DNA of 64,000 nucleotides from an uncultured Candidatus Rokubacteria bacterium (GTDB lineage: Bacteria; Methylomirabilota; Methylomirabilia; Rokubacteriales; DASRDR01). The DNA lies in contig CAWGVS010000005.1 of NCBI GenBank assembly GCA_963826115.1, positions 832,001-896,000 of the forward strand, given 5' to 3'. Below are positions 39,201 through 48,942 of the stretch, piece after piece. Position 1 is the first letter of the stretch, and every line of letters begins with the position of its first letter. The notes beneath the pieces are model-generated. The model had not been told where the DNA came from, did no database searches, and worked only from the letters and a program-made list of their open reading frames with translations. Position numbers and translations under genes: made by a program.

Positions 39201-41059
39201 GCCCGGGTGGCATCGGCGGCCGCGGCCGCGCCGAACTGGAGCTCCCACAGCGTGCGGTAGAGACCGTCCCGCCGGATCAGCTCGGCGTGCGGGCCCTGGT
39301 CGACGAGCTGGCCGTGCTGGAGAACCACGACACGGTCCGCCCGCTGGATGGTCGAGAAACGATGCGCGATCACCACGCTGGTCCGTTCCGCGAGGAGCTG
39401 GTTGACGGCGTCCTGCAGCGAGTGCTCGGTTTCAGGGTCGACGCTCGACGTCGCCTCGTCGAGCACCAGAACGGGGGGATTATACAGGAGCGCCCGGGCG
39501 ACCGAAAGGAGCTGACGCTGTCCGTGCGAGAGGTTCGCTCCGCGCTCGAGGAGCGGCGCGTCGTAGCCACCGGCGAGCGAGCGCACGAAGCGGTCCGCGT
39601 GGACGCGGCGCCCGGCCTCCTCGACCGCTTCGCGCGGGACGCGCGCTCCGAGAGTGAGGTTCTCTGCCACGGTGCCCGCGAAGAGCACGACGTCCTGGAG
39701 GACCAGGCCGACGTGGCGCCGGAGCGCGGTCAGGTCCCACTCGCGGACGTCGATTCCCTCCACCAGCACGGCGCCGCGCTGCACGTCGTACGTCCGCGTG
39801 AGGAGGCGCGCGAGCGTCGTCTTCCCGGCGCCGGTGCCGCCCACGACCGCGACCCCCTCGCCCCGCTCGATCCGGAGCGACACGCCGCGGAGCGCCCAGG
39901 CCGGCGGGGTGGCGCCACTCGCGTCCCCCCGCTGGGGCGCCTCGCCGGCGCCGGGATAGGCGAACCAGACGTCGCGCAGCTCGATCGCGGGCGGCGCTCC
40001 GCGGCCCGACGACGTCCGCCCGGCGGGCGTGGCCGTGCCCCCGGTCTCCGTCGGCGTGTCGAGGAGCGCGAAGACCCGCTCGGCCGCCACGGTGGCGGCC
40101 TGCATCACCGAGAACTTCGCCGAGGCGTCGCGGATGGGGAGATAGAACCGCTGCGTGTACTGCATGAAGGCCACCAGAACGCCGAACGTCAGAGTGCCGT
40201 CGAGGATCTCGACGCCGCCCCACCAGAGGAGGGCGGCAACGCCGATGGACCCGACCGCCTCGGCGACGGCGTACAGCGTCGAGTCGAGCCCCATGCGCCG
40301 GAACTGCGCTTGCCGGTAGCGGTCGTTCAGGTCGCCGAGCTCGCGGGCGCGCGCGGCCTCGCGCCCGAAGAGCTGGAGCACGGCCATGCCCGCGAGGGTC
40401 TCCTGGAGTTCGGCGTTCAGGTGGGCGAGCCGCGCCCGGACGTCCCGGTACGCCCGGCGCACCGGGACGCTCAGGACGAGCGCGACCGCGATCAGGAGCG
40501 GCAGTACGGCGAACGTGATCAGCGTGAGCCGGAGGTGGAGGAGCAGCATGACCGCGATCACGCCGGCGAGCGTGACGACGTCGCCCACGATGGCGACGAC
40601 GCCCGACGTGAAGACCTCGCCGATCGCCTCCACGTCGCCCAGGATCCGCGTCATCACGCGCCCGACCGGGTTGCGGTCGAAGAACGCCGCCGGCAGGCGC
40701 TGCGCGTGGGCGAAGAGGGCCGCCCGGATGTCGTGGACCACCCGCTGCCCGGTCCAGGTCGCCAGATAGATCTGGCCGTAGCGGAGGCCGTACTGGACGG
40801 CGAGCGTCAGGAAGAACAGGGCCACGACCCGGGAGAGCCCCGGCCAGTCGCCCTTGAGGATGTGCTCGTCGATGGCCACCTTCACGAGATACGGCTGGAC
40901 GAGGTCCACCGCGGCCAGGAGCGGGAACAGGGCCGCCGACAGGGCGACCGCGCCCCGGTACGGCCGCGTGTAGCCCCAGACCCGCCGCGCGAGCCGCGCG
41001 TCGTAGACGCGACCGACGGTGTCGTCGTCCTCCCCTGCCCCGCCCGCCCGCCGGCTCAT
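39197..41059 (-). CDS. ABC exporter fused permease/ATPase (MdlB-like)
   Basis: Six TM, GGTGAGKTT, degenerate signature LSHGQ, LDEATSSVD and IAHR. Confidence 0.93.
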   Translation of the reverse strand: MSRRAGGAGEDDDTVGRVYDARLARRVWGYTRPYRGAVALSAALFPLLAAVDLVQPYLVKVAIDEHILKGDWPGLSRVVALFFLTLAVQYGLRYGQIYLATWTGQRVVHDIRAALFAHAQRLPAAFFDRNPVGRVMTRILGDVEAIGEVFTSGVVAIVGDVVTLAGVIAVMLLLHLRLTLITFAVLPLLIAVALVLSVPVRRAYRDVRARLAHLNAELQETLAGMAVLQLFGREAARARELGDLNDRYRQAQFRRMGLDSTLYAVAEAVGSIGVAALLWWGGVEILDGTLTFGVLVAFMQYTQRFYLPIRDASAKFSVMQAATVAAERVFALLDTPTETGGTATPAGRTSSGRGAPPAIELRDVWFAYPGAGEAPQRGDASGATPPAWALRGVSLRIERGEGVAVVGGTGAGKTTLARLLTRTYDVQRGAVLVEGIDVREWDLTALRRHVGLVLQDVVLFAGTVAENLTLGARVPREAVEEAGRRVHADRFVRSLAGGYDAPLLERGANLSHGQRQLLSVARALLYNPPVLVLDEATSSVDPETEHSLQDAVNQLLAERTSVVIAHRFSTIQRADRVVVLQHGQLVDQGPHAELIRRDGLYRTLWELQFGAAAAADATRA

Positions 41060-42837
41060 CCGGCCGCCTCGCGGGCGTCGTCCGACGCCCGGCCGGCCTC
41101 CTCGAGGGTCGACTCGAGCTGCTGCCGCCGCCACAGGCGCGCGTAGAGCCCGTTCCGGGCGAGAAGCTCGGCGTGGGACCCCTCCTCGACGAGCTCTCCC
41201 TCGTCGAGCACCACGATGCGGTCGAGCATCGACGCGACCCGGAGCCGGTGGGTGATCACCAGCGTGGTGCGGCCGCGGATCCGATCGAGGAGGCGCTCGA
41301 GGATGGTCGCCTCGGTCTCCGCGTCCACCGCCGCGAACGCGTCATCGAGGACGAGGATGCACGGGTCGCGGAGAAGGGCCCGCGCGAGGGTCGCCCGCTG
41401 GCGCTGCCCGCCGGACAGTGTGAGCCCGCGCTCGCCGACCAGCGTCTCCCAGCCGCGGGGGAACCGGTCCACGTCGGGGGCGAGGCCCGCGACGTCGGCG
41501 GCCTCGGCCACGCCGGCTTCGGCCGCGCCGAACGCGACGTTCTCCCGGAGGGACCGGGAGAAGAGGAACGCGTCCTGCGGGACGACGCCGATCGCGGCCC
41601 GGAGGTCCCGGAGCGGGATCGCGTGGATCTCGGTGCCGTCGATGAAGACCGTGCCGGGCGGCGGATCCCACAGCCGCGGCAGCATGGCGGCGAGCGTCGT
41701 CTTCCCGGCGCCCGTGGGTCCCACGATCGCCACGGAGCGGCCCGCCGGGATCCGGAGGCTCAGGTCCCGGAGCGCGGGCGGCCGGTCCGGCGCGTAGCGG
41801 AAGGTGAGCCGGCGGATCTCGACGTCGCCTCGCACGGGTCCGCGGAGCGCGGCCGCCTCGGGGCCGTCGACGATGCCAGGCGGGGTGTGGAGGATCTCGG
41901 TCACGCGGTCGAACGCCGCGAGCCCTCGCCTGACGACGGCCAGCACCCAGCCGAGCGCCATCGTCGGCCACGCGAGGTACGCGACGTAGCCGGAGAACGC
42001 CACCAGCACGCCGAGCGAGAGGCGCCCCTCCAGGACCGCCCGGCCGCCGATCCAGAGGACGGCCAGCGCGCCGATGCCGGTCATGATCGCGAGGAGCGGG
42101 GAGAAGAGCCCGTGGGTCCGCGTCTGGCGGAGCACCCGGGCCAGGTGCTCGTCGTTGAGCCGGCCGAAGGCCTCGATCTCGCGGGGCGCGAGCGTGTACG
42201 CGCGCACGACCGCCATCCCGCTCAGGTTCTCCTGGGCCTTGTCGGCGAGGCGCCCGAGCTGCTCCTGGACGAGAACCGCATCGGCGTGGGCGCGCGTGTT
42301 GTAGCGGCGGGCCACGGCGAGGAGGACGGGATACGGCGCGAGAGCGGCCACGGTCAGCCAGGGGTCGATGCGGAGCATGGCGACGAGCGCTCCCGCGTAG
42401 ACGATCGCCGTGTTGGCGAGCGACAGGAGGCCGAACCCGACCAGCATGGCGACGCTCTGGAGGTCGTTCGTGGCGCGCGACATGAGGTCGCCGGTCCGGC
42501 GGGTCTGGTAGAAGCCGGTCTCGAGCCGGAGGAATGCGGCGAAGAGGTCGGCCCGGATCTCGGACTCGACCCGCTGCCCCGCGCCCAGGAGGACGAGGCG
42601 CGAGAACGTCCGGGTGAGCGCCTGGACGATCGCGAGCAGGACGACGAGGAGGGCGCCCATCGTGACCGTGTCCCGCGTCGCGACGACGCGGCCCGCGCCG
42701 CCCAGCGCGTCCACCACGTCCTTCGTCACCCAGGGGATCAGGAGAGCGCAGGCGTTGGTCGCGAGCAGGAGGAGGACGCCCACCGCGTACCGCGCCCCGT
42801 GCCGGGCGAGATACCGGCCGAGGATGGAGACAGGCAT
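41056..42837 (-). CDS. ABC exporter fused permease/ATPase (MdlA-like)
   Basis: RTGDLMSRATND, GPTGAGKTT, LSGGQRQR and degenerate Walker B LDDAFAAVD; heterodimer partner of the adjacent gene. Confidence 0.93.
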   Translation of the reverse strand: MPVSILGRYLARHGARYAVGVLLLLATNACALLIPWVTKDVVDALGGAGRVVATRDTVTMGALLVVLLAIVQALTRTFSRLVLLGAGQRVESEIRADLFAAFLRLETGFYQTRRTGDLMSRATNDLQSVAMLVGFGLLSLANTAIVYAGALVAMLRIDPWLTVAALAPYPVLLAVARRYNTRAHADAVLVQEQLGRLADKAQENLSGMAVVRAYTLAPREIEAFGRLNDEHLARVLRQTRTHGLFSPLLAIMTGIGALAVLWIGGRAVLEGRLSLGVLVAFSGYVAYLAWPTMALGWVLAVVRRGLAAFDRVTEILHTPPGIVDGPEAAALRGPVRGDVEIRRLTFRYAPDRPPALRDLSLRIPAGRSVAIVGPTGAGKTTLAAMLPRLWDPPPGTVFIDGTEIHAIPLRDLRAAIGVVPQDAFLFSRSLRENVAFGAAEAGVAEAADVAGLAPDVDRFPRGWETLVGERGLTLSGGQRQRATLARALLRDPCILVLDDAFAAVDAETEATILERLLDRIRGRTTLVITHRLRVASMLDRIVVLDEGELVEEGSHAELLARNGLYARLWRRQQLESTLEEAGRASDDAREAAG

Positions 42838-42907
42838 CGTCGCGAGTATACCGGCCGCTCCGAGGTCGGGCAAACGCGACGAACGTGCGTATGGTACGCT
42901 CCGCTGC

Positions 42908-43702
42908 GTGAGCGCGAGCCCATTCCTCACGGTCGCGGTGGACGCCGCGCGTGGCGCCGGCCGATTGCTCCGCGAGGAGCTCGGCGGCGTGCGCCGGATC
43001 CAGCACAAGCGCTCGGTCATCGACCTCGTCACGGAGATGGACCAGCGCGCGGAGGCGTTCATCGTCGAGCGGCTGCTCGGCGCCTTCCCGGACCACGCGA
43101 TCCTTGCCGAGGAGAGCGGGGCCACGGACGGGCGTTCCGAATACCGGTGGCTCATCGACCCCCTGGACGGCACCACGAACTACGCGCACGGAGTGCCGAT
43201 CTTCGCGGTGTCGATCGCGCTGGAGCGGGCGGGCACGGTCGTGCTCGGCGTGGCGTACGACCCGAGCCGCGACGAGTGCTTCGTCGCCGAGCACGGGCGC
43301 GGCGCGACGGTCAACGGCGAGGCGATCCGGGTGTCCTCCGTCGACACGCTCGACCGGGCCCTCCTGGTGACCGGCTTCCCCTACGACATCCGGACCACGT
43401 CCGAGACCAACCTGCCGGAGTACGCCGCGCTGTCCAAGCGCGCGCAGGCGGTCCGGCGCCTCGGCTCGGCGGTCCTGGACCTCTCGTGGGTCGCCTGCGG
43501 CCGCTTGGAGGGCTTCTGGGAGTTCTCCCTCGGACCCTGGGACATGGCGGCGGGGGGTCTCATCGTGAGCGAGGCGGGCGGCCGCGTCACCAGCGTGCGC
43601 GGCGGACCATGGCGGCTCGAGGGTCCGGGCATCCTGGCGACGAACGGCCTGGTCCACGAGACGATCCTCGCGGAGCTCGCCGCCGTCCAGTTGGCCCGCT
43701 GA
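42908..43702 (+). CDS. suhB: Inositol monophosphatase family protein
   Basis: DLVTEMD, AEE, WLIDPLDGTTNY, TGFPY, RRLGSA and PWDMAAG motifs. Confidence 0.93.
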   Translation: MSASPFLTVAVDAARGAGRLLREELGGVRRIQHKRSVIDLVTEMDQRAEAFIVERLLGAFPDHAILAEESGATDGRSEYRWLIDPLDGTTNYAHGVPIFAVSIALERAGTVVLGVAYDPSRDECFVAEHGRGATVNGEAIRVSSVDTLDRALLVTGFPYDIRTTSETNLPEYAALSKRAQAVRRLGSAVLDLSWVACGRLEGFWEFSLGPWDMAAGGLIVSEAGGRVTSVRGGPWRLEGPGILATNGLVHETILAELAAVQLAR

Positions 43703-44292
43703 TGACGGCCGGCGGGCGCGCGGTCGATCGCCAGAAGGCCGCGCCGGCGCCCCATCCCCTGCCCGTCCACGTCCGCACGATCAGGATGGAGGCGGAGGCG
43801 GCCACGATCGGCGACGACGCCCGGCCCGCCCTTCGGGTCCGTGGCACCCTCGAGGACCAGCGCCCGCAGGGCGTGCCCGACTGGATCCAGCACGACGGGG
43901 ACGTCATCCACCACATGGAGGTCACGCTCACCGTGACCTGGCCCGACCTCCTGGTGGCGGCGATCGAGAGCACGATGCGGACGTTTCCGCACGCCGGCGT
44001 GTGCCCGGACGCGCTGCCGCCGCTCCAGTCCCTGGTCGGGATCGCGATCGGGCGCGGCTTCACGCGGGCGGTCAACGAGCGGATCGGGCGTGAGCGCGGC
44101 TGCACGCACGTTGCGGCGCTGATCCTGGCCATGGGCCCGGTCGTCCGCCAGGGCGCTGGCGCGGCGTTCGGCTTCGCGACGCCCGGCGACCCGCGCGGGA
44201 CGCCGTGGTTCGTGAACTCCTGCCAGGCCTGGCGCGAGGATGGTCCGCTCCACCGGGCGTGGCTCGCGGGAGAGATCCTCAAGCGGGACTGA
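43702..44292 (+). CDS. DUF2889-like protein
   Basis: HVRTI, IHHM, P..GVC, GCTH and NSC motifs. TGATG coupling to suhB. Confidence 0.7.
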   Translation: MTAGGRAVDRQKAAPAPHPLPVHVRTIRMEAEAATIGDDARPALRVRGTLEDQRPQGVPDWIQHDGDVIHHMEVTLTVTWPDLLVAAIESTMRTFPHAGVCPDALPPLQSLVGIAIGRGFTRAVNERIGRERGCTHVAALILAMGPVVRQGAGAAFGFATPGDPRGTPWFVNSCQAWREDGPLHRAWLAGEILKRD

Positions 44293-44452
44293 CCCGCGGC
44301 GCGGCATCTGCCGCGCCGGCGTCGCGTCCGGCGATCGATCCGCCCGGGCGCCGCCCCTTGTTCCCCCCGGAGCCCGGCGGGATAATCCGATCGAGGGCCG
44401 TTGTGGCCCCGGTGCTTCGAGCCGGTCGGCGCAGGACGAGGGAGGATTCACG

Positions 44453-45871
44453 ATGCGCATGTATGTGGCGGGCGAATGGGTGTCCAAGCCGCAGTCGATC
44501 CCGGTCGAGAACCCCTTCGACCGATCGGTCGTCGACACCGTGCCGCGCGCGGATCGCGGCGACGTCGAGCGGGCCCTCCAGAGCGCCGTCCGGGGCGCGC
44601 GGGCGATGGCGAAGCTGTCCGGCTACGACCGCTTCCGGATCCTGCGGAAGGCGGCGGAGCTGATGGTCGAGCGCCAGGAGGACCTGGGCCGCACGATCAG
44701 CCTCGAGGAGGGCAAGGCCATCGCCGAGGGCCGGCTCGAGGCGAACCGGGCCGTGGAGACCATCCTGGGCTCCGCCGAGGAGGCGAAGCGGATCCACGGC
44801 GAGACGATCCCGGTCGACGGCGCGCCGGGCGGCGCGGGGAAGATCGCCTTCACGATGCGGGTGCCGTGCGGCGTGGTACTGGCGATCACCCCCTTCAACT
44901 TCCCGCTGAACCTCGTGTGCCACAAGGTCGGCCCCGCGCTCGCGGGCGGGAATGCCGTCATCGTGAAGCCGGCGACCGACACGCCCCTGTCCGCGCTCAA
45001 GCTCACGGAGATCCTGCTCGAGGCGGGGCTCCCCGCCGAGGGCATCCAGTGCCTCACGGGGCCGGGCGGCGAGCTCGGCGACCTTCTCGCCGCGGATCCC
45101 CGGGTCCGGAAGATCACGTTCACGGGGAGCCGCGACGTGGGCGAGCGCATCTGCCGGACGGCCGGGATCAAGCGGGTCACGATGGAGCTCGGCTCGAACG
45201 CCCCGGTCATCGTCATGCCGGACGCGGACATGGATCGCGTCGCGGAGGCCGTGGCGCTGACCGGGTACGCGAACGCCGGCCAGGTCTGCATCTCGGCCCA
45301 GCGGGTCCTCGCCGCCGGGCGGATCTACAGCGACTTCCTGGACGCGCTCAAGCCTCGCGTGGAGGCCATCACCACCGGCAGCCAGCTCGAGGAGAAGGTC
45401 AAGATGGGGCCGATGGTGCGCGAGAAGGAAGCGGTCCGTGTCGACGAGTGGGTGCGGGAGGCGGTGGGCGCGGGCGCGCGGCTGGTCACGGGCGGCGAGC
45501 GGCGCGGAGCGGTCTACGCGCCCACGATCGTGGCCGACGTCAAGCCGAACATGCGCATCTCCGCGGAGGAGCTGTTCGGCCCCGCGGTGGCCGTCACGCC
45601 GTTCGACGACATTGACGAGGCCATCGCGCTGGCCAACGACTCGCCGTATGGCCTGTCGGCGGCGATTTTCACCGAGAGTCTGGAGACCGCCATGAAGTTC
45701 GCGCGCGAGGTTCAGTCCGGGAATCTCCACGTCAACTGGGGCCCCCAGTGGCGCGCGGACCTCATGCCGTACGGCGGCCTGAAGGAGTCGGGCTTCGGGA
45801 AGGAAGGACCGCGCTACGCCGTCGAAGAGATGACCGAGCTGAAGGCGGTGGTGCTCCACCTTCGCGGGTAG
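44453..45871 (+). CDS. NAD(P)-dependent aldehyde dehydrogenase
   Basis: ITPFNFP, KPA, FTGS, MELGSN, AGQVCIS, EELFGP and PYGGLKESG motifs. GGAGG RBS. Confidence 0.96.
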   Translation: MRMYVAGEWVSKPQSIPVENPFDRSVVDTVPRADRGDVERALQSAVRGARAMAKLSGYDRFRILRKAAELMVERQEDLGRTISLEEGKAIAEGRLEANRAVETILGSAEEAKRIHGETIPVDGAPGGAGKIAFTMRVPCGVVLAITPFNFPLNLVCHKVGPALAGGNAVIVKPATDTPLSALKLTEILLEAGLPAEGIQCLTGPGGELGDLLAADPRVRKITFTGSRDVGERICRTAGIKRVTMELGSNAPVIVMPDADMDRVAEAVALTGYANAGQVCISAQRVLAAGRIYSDFLDALKPRVEAITTGSQLEEKVKMGPMVREKEAVRVDEWVREAVGAGARLVTGGERRGAVYAPTIVADVKPNMRISAEELFGPAVAVTPFDDIDEAIALANDSPYGLSAAIFTESLETAMKFAREVQSGNLHVNWGPQWRADLMPYGGLKESGFGKEGPRYAVEEMTELKAVVLHLRG

Positions 45872-45896
45872 GCGTCGGCCCCCGCAGCGGGACGTC

Positions 45897-45927
45897 CGAG
45901 GGCCGGGCCGGAGAGGCCCGGCCCTCG
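45897..45927. terminator. Hairpin between convergent genes
   Basis: Perfect 13-bp stem cgagggccgggcc-ggaga-ggcccggccctcg; no U-tract. Confidence 0.55.
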
Positions 45928-45937
45928 CCGCGTCCGC

Positions 45938-46423
45938 TCACTCGCCCTGGCGCAGCGGACTCCGGCGCGTGCCCAGCACCAGCATCGGTGGCCCGCCCGC
46001 GGGGTCGGCCTCGATCCGGCCGGCCAGCTGGAGCCACGCGGCGACCGACAGCCGCGCCCGGAACTGCCCGCCCTTGACCCGGCAGTGCGGCACACCCCGT
46101 GGGTCGACGGAGAGCGTGCCCTCGTCGAGGCGCTCCCGTGTGCCGTCGCTCAGGTGGAGCAGGATCGCGTCCGGCTCGACCCCGGAGCCCGCCCGCAGGA
46201 CGACGAAGGGCGCGTCGTCGACCTGGACCGGGATCCGGAACGGCCCCACCTGCAGGTGGTGGCGGTCACCCTCGGCCCGGAGGTTCGCGTAGAGGTTCCG
46301 CAGCACGCCGGGGTGCGTGACCTCGACGCCGTCGTGGCACCACACGCCATCGCGGTCGATCCGGAAGGCGCCGGCCAGCGCGGGATCCAGCGGCGCGCCC
46401 GGTGCGGGCCCGGCCGTGGTCAC
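45938..46423 (-). CDS. DUF1285-like protein
   Basis: FRIDRDGVWCHDG.EVTH, VQVDDAPFVV and ARLS..AW motifs. GTGA overlap with the MEMO1 gene. Confidence 0.72.
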   Translation of the reverse strand: MTTAGPAPGAPLDPALAGAFRIDRDGVWCHDGVEVTHPGVLRNLYANLRAEGDRHHLQVGPFRIPVQVDDAPFVVLRAGSGVEPDAILLHLSDGTRERLDEGTLSVDPRGVPHCRVKGGQFRARLSVAAWLQLAGRIEADPAGGPPMLVLGTRRSPLRQGE

Positions 46424-47676
46424 GCCGGTGGCGCCTCGTCCTCGAAGGCCACGCTCGCGAACGTCACCGTCCCCTCCGGGTCCGGCCACTGCCCGTAGTG
46501 AAGGAGCCGCCCGGGGCTTCCGGGGAGGAGCCGGAGGAGCGAGTAGATCGGCGAGAGACCGCAGATCCGGTTGCGGTCCCCTTGCCGCGCGGCCTCCGCG
46601 AAGAATGCGTCGGCGTCGGCCGCCGCGACCGGCGCGAGGAGGGCGGAGTCCTCGCGCCGGACGCGGTCGAGCTGCGGCGTCGCCACGCGCCACCGGTCGC
46701 CGAATCGCGGCCCGACGTGGGCGAGGTCGGCCCCGGCCACGACGCAGTAGCGGCGCGGGACGGTCGCCATGGCGCTCCGAAGCGCGTCCAGCACCGCCTC
46801 GACCTCGGGCCGGTCCGAGGGGCGCTGTCCGGTTCCGAGGCACTCGTGCGCGAAGCTCGCGAGGAGCGGCACGATGCGCCGCGTTCCCGCGCCCGCGCGC
46901 CGCCCGAGGTACTGGAGCCACACCGCCTGGAACTCGACCGAGTGCTCGCCCCGGTGCGCCAGCTCGGCGGCGAAGAGATCGGGCGGCGCGCGTCGTACGA
47001 CCGCGTCGAGGACCTCGTGGTCGACCTCGAGCGGGCCGAATGGGGTCTCGAACGCTTTGGCCGTCGCCGCGAACGCGTGGCCGTCGAGCCCGCCGTGCGC
47101 CGTGCCCAGCACGATGAAGCAGTCGGCCTCCCGCGTCTCCGCCAGGGCCCGATAGGCCCACGCGTAACCGGGACCGCCCCGATTGAAGTCGATGTGGGGC
47201 GCGACGAGGCCGCGCAGGACGGCGCCCCGCGGCGGGCCGATGGGCCCCGGGGCGCCCGGCGCCTCGAAGTAGCCGGCCATGGCCGCCGCGAGGGCCTCGG
47301 GCTCGGCCGCGTAGGACCGCGCGGCGAGGAAGGCCGGTCGGGTCGGCCCGTCCAGGAAGGCGCGGAGCTGACGGGCGCGCTCGGCCTCGAGGCGCGGCCC
47401 TTCCAGGAAGAAGTGCTGGTCGAGGACCTCGACCATCGACTCGAGCTGGCTCCGCAGCACGAGCTCGCCGGTCTGGCGCATGATCTCCGCCTGGACGTCG
47501 ACGAGGGACCGCAGGCCGTCGAAGAGCGCCAGGATGGGCGCCAGGCTCCGCGGCACGGTCAGGACGGCCTCGGTGACCCCCGACGGGTCGCGGAGGCACA
47601 CGACCTCGCGGTCGTCGACCTGCGCGGGAAACGCCTCGACGGGCCGGAGCTGCGGATTGTCGCCCGGGTCAGCCAC
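46420..47676 (-). CDS. amrB: AmmeMemoRadiSam system protein B (MEMO1 family) with N-terminal extension
   Basis: VAPHID, GTAH, FETPFG, HRGEHSVEFQ, ADLAHVG and ICG motifs. Confidence 0.88.
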   Translation of the reverse strand: MADPGDNPQLRPVEAFPAQVDDREVVCLRDPSGVTEAVLTVPRSLAPILALFDGLRSLVDVQAEIMRQTGELVLRSQLESMVEVLDQHFFLEGPRLEAERARQLRAFLDGPTRPAFLAARSYAAEPEALAAAMAGYFEAPGAPGPIGPPRGAVLRGLVAPHIDFNRGGPGYAWAYRALAETREADCFIVLGTAHGGLDGHAFAATAKAFETPFGPLEVDHEVLDAVVRRAPPDLFAAELAHRGEHSVEFQAVWLQYLGRRAGAGTRRIVPLLASFAHECLGTGQRPSDRPEVEAVLDALRSAMATVPRRYCVVAGADLAHVGPRFGDRWRVATPQLDRVRREDSALLAPVAAADADAFFAEAARQGDRNRICGLSPIYSLLRLLPGSPGRLLHYGQWPDPEGTVTFASVAFEDEAPPA

Positions 47677-48901
47677 GGGCCGCCAGGAACCGCAGCGCGG
47701 CCGCGGCGTAGCAGCGCGCGGCCTCCACGAGCTCGGCGATCGGCACGCGCTCGTCCACCTGGTGCGGGATGAGCCGGTTGCCGGGCCCGAACGTGACGAT
47801 GGGGATGCCGAGGGTCGTGCGAAGGATCGTGCCATCCGTCGAGCCGGGCACGCCGCCGAAGACGGGCCGCCGTCCGCTCACGCGTCGCACCGCCCACTCG
47901 AGCGCCCCGACCACGGGCTCCCCGCGCTCCACTCGGGTCGCGGGACGCGGCGGTTCGACGGGCTCGACCGTGATCCGCGTTCCCGCGCACCGCCGCTCCG
48001 TGTCGCGCGCGAGCGCCTCGATCGCGGCGAGCACCGGGGCGGGCTCGAGCCCCGGTGTCAGGCGCACGTCCAGCCGGATCTCGGCCGTGGCCGGGATGAC
48101 GTTGTTCTGCGCGACGTGGCCGACCGGCGCCATCGCGACCGTGGGCGTCACGTGAGGCACCCCGAGGAATCGGCTTCGCCGGACACCGCGGCGGACCCGG
48201 CGCTCGAGCTCGGGCACCCGGGCCAGGAACTGTCCCGCCGCCGTGATGGGGTTCACCCCGGCGTACGGCATCGCCCCGTGAGCCATGCGCCCGTGCACGA
48301 CGACCCGCGCCCAGAGGACGCCCTTCTGCTCGAGGCAGAGCTCGTTCTGCTCGGGCTCGCAGATGACGGCGGCGGAAACGGACCGCCCGAGGGCCGTGCC
48401 GGCGAAGTGCTTCGCGCCGGACATCGCGTCCTCCTCGTCCACGAGGGCCGCGATCAGGAGCCGCCCGGCGAACGGCGCGCGCGCCCGGCGGATCGCGGCG
48501 GCGGCCACCATGGCGGCGGCCAGGCCGCCCTTCATGTCGGCGCTGCCGCGCCCGTAGAGGTGCCCGTCCTCCACGATCCCGCTCCACGGCGAATGACGCC
48601 ATGCCGCGGGATCGCCCTCGGTCACGACGTCGGTGTGCCCCTCGAGGCAGAGCGTCGGGCCGTTCCCGCCGCCGTCGAGCCACGCGATGACGTTCGGGCG
48701 GCCCGGGGCGACCTCCTGGATCTCGACGGCACAGCCTTCCCGGCGGAGCCAGGCCTCCACGTAGGCAGCCACGGCGCGCTCGTTGGCGTCCGGCTCGCCC
48801 GGCCGGAAGACGCTCGGGATCCGGACGAGCGAAGCGGTGAGGTCGACGACCTCTTGCTCGGTGATCTCGGCCAGGACGCGATCGACGGGGAGGCGGGGCA
48901 T
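47669..48901 (-). CDS. M20 family metallopeptidase (ArgE/DapE-like)
   Basis: EGHTDVV, YGRGSADMKGG, DEE, EP, GSTDG and HQVDE motifs. Confidence 0.93.
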   Translation of the reverse strand: MPRLPVDRVLAEITEQEVVDLTASLVRIPSVFRPGEPDANERAVAAYVEAWLRREGCAVEIQEVAPGRPNVIAWLDGGGNGPTLCLEGHTDVVTEGDPAAWRHSPWSGIVEDGHLYGRGSADMKGGLAAAMVAAAAIRRARAPFAGRLLIAALVDEEDAMSGAKHFAGTALGRSVSAAVICEPEQNELCLEQKGVLWARVVVHGRMAHGAMPYAGVNPITAAGQFLARVPELERRVRRGVRRSRFLGVPHVTPTVAMAPVGHVAQNNVIPATAEIRLDVRLTPGLEPAPVLAAIEALARDTERRCAGTRITVEPVEPPRPATRVERGEPVVGALEWAVRRVSGRRPVFGGVPGSTDGTILRTTLGIPIVTFGPGNRLIPHQVDERVPIAELVEAARCYAAAALRFLAARG

Positions 48902-48942
48902 CTCGACGGGCCCGCGGACGCGACCGGATCGGGTGGGCGGGG

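Noticed and set aside
39197-42837. Degenerate ABC motifs (LSHGQ, LDD) as signs of decay
   Set aside because: This is the normal asymmetric nucleotide-binding site of heterodimeric exporters.
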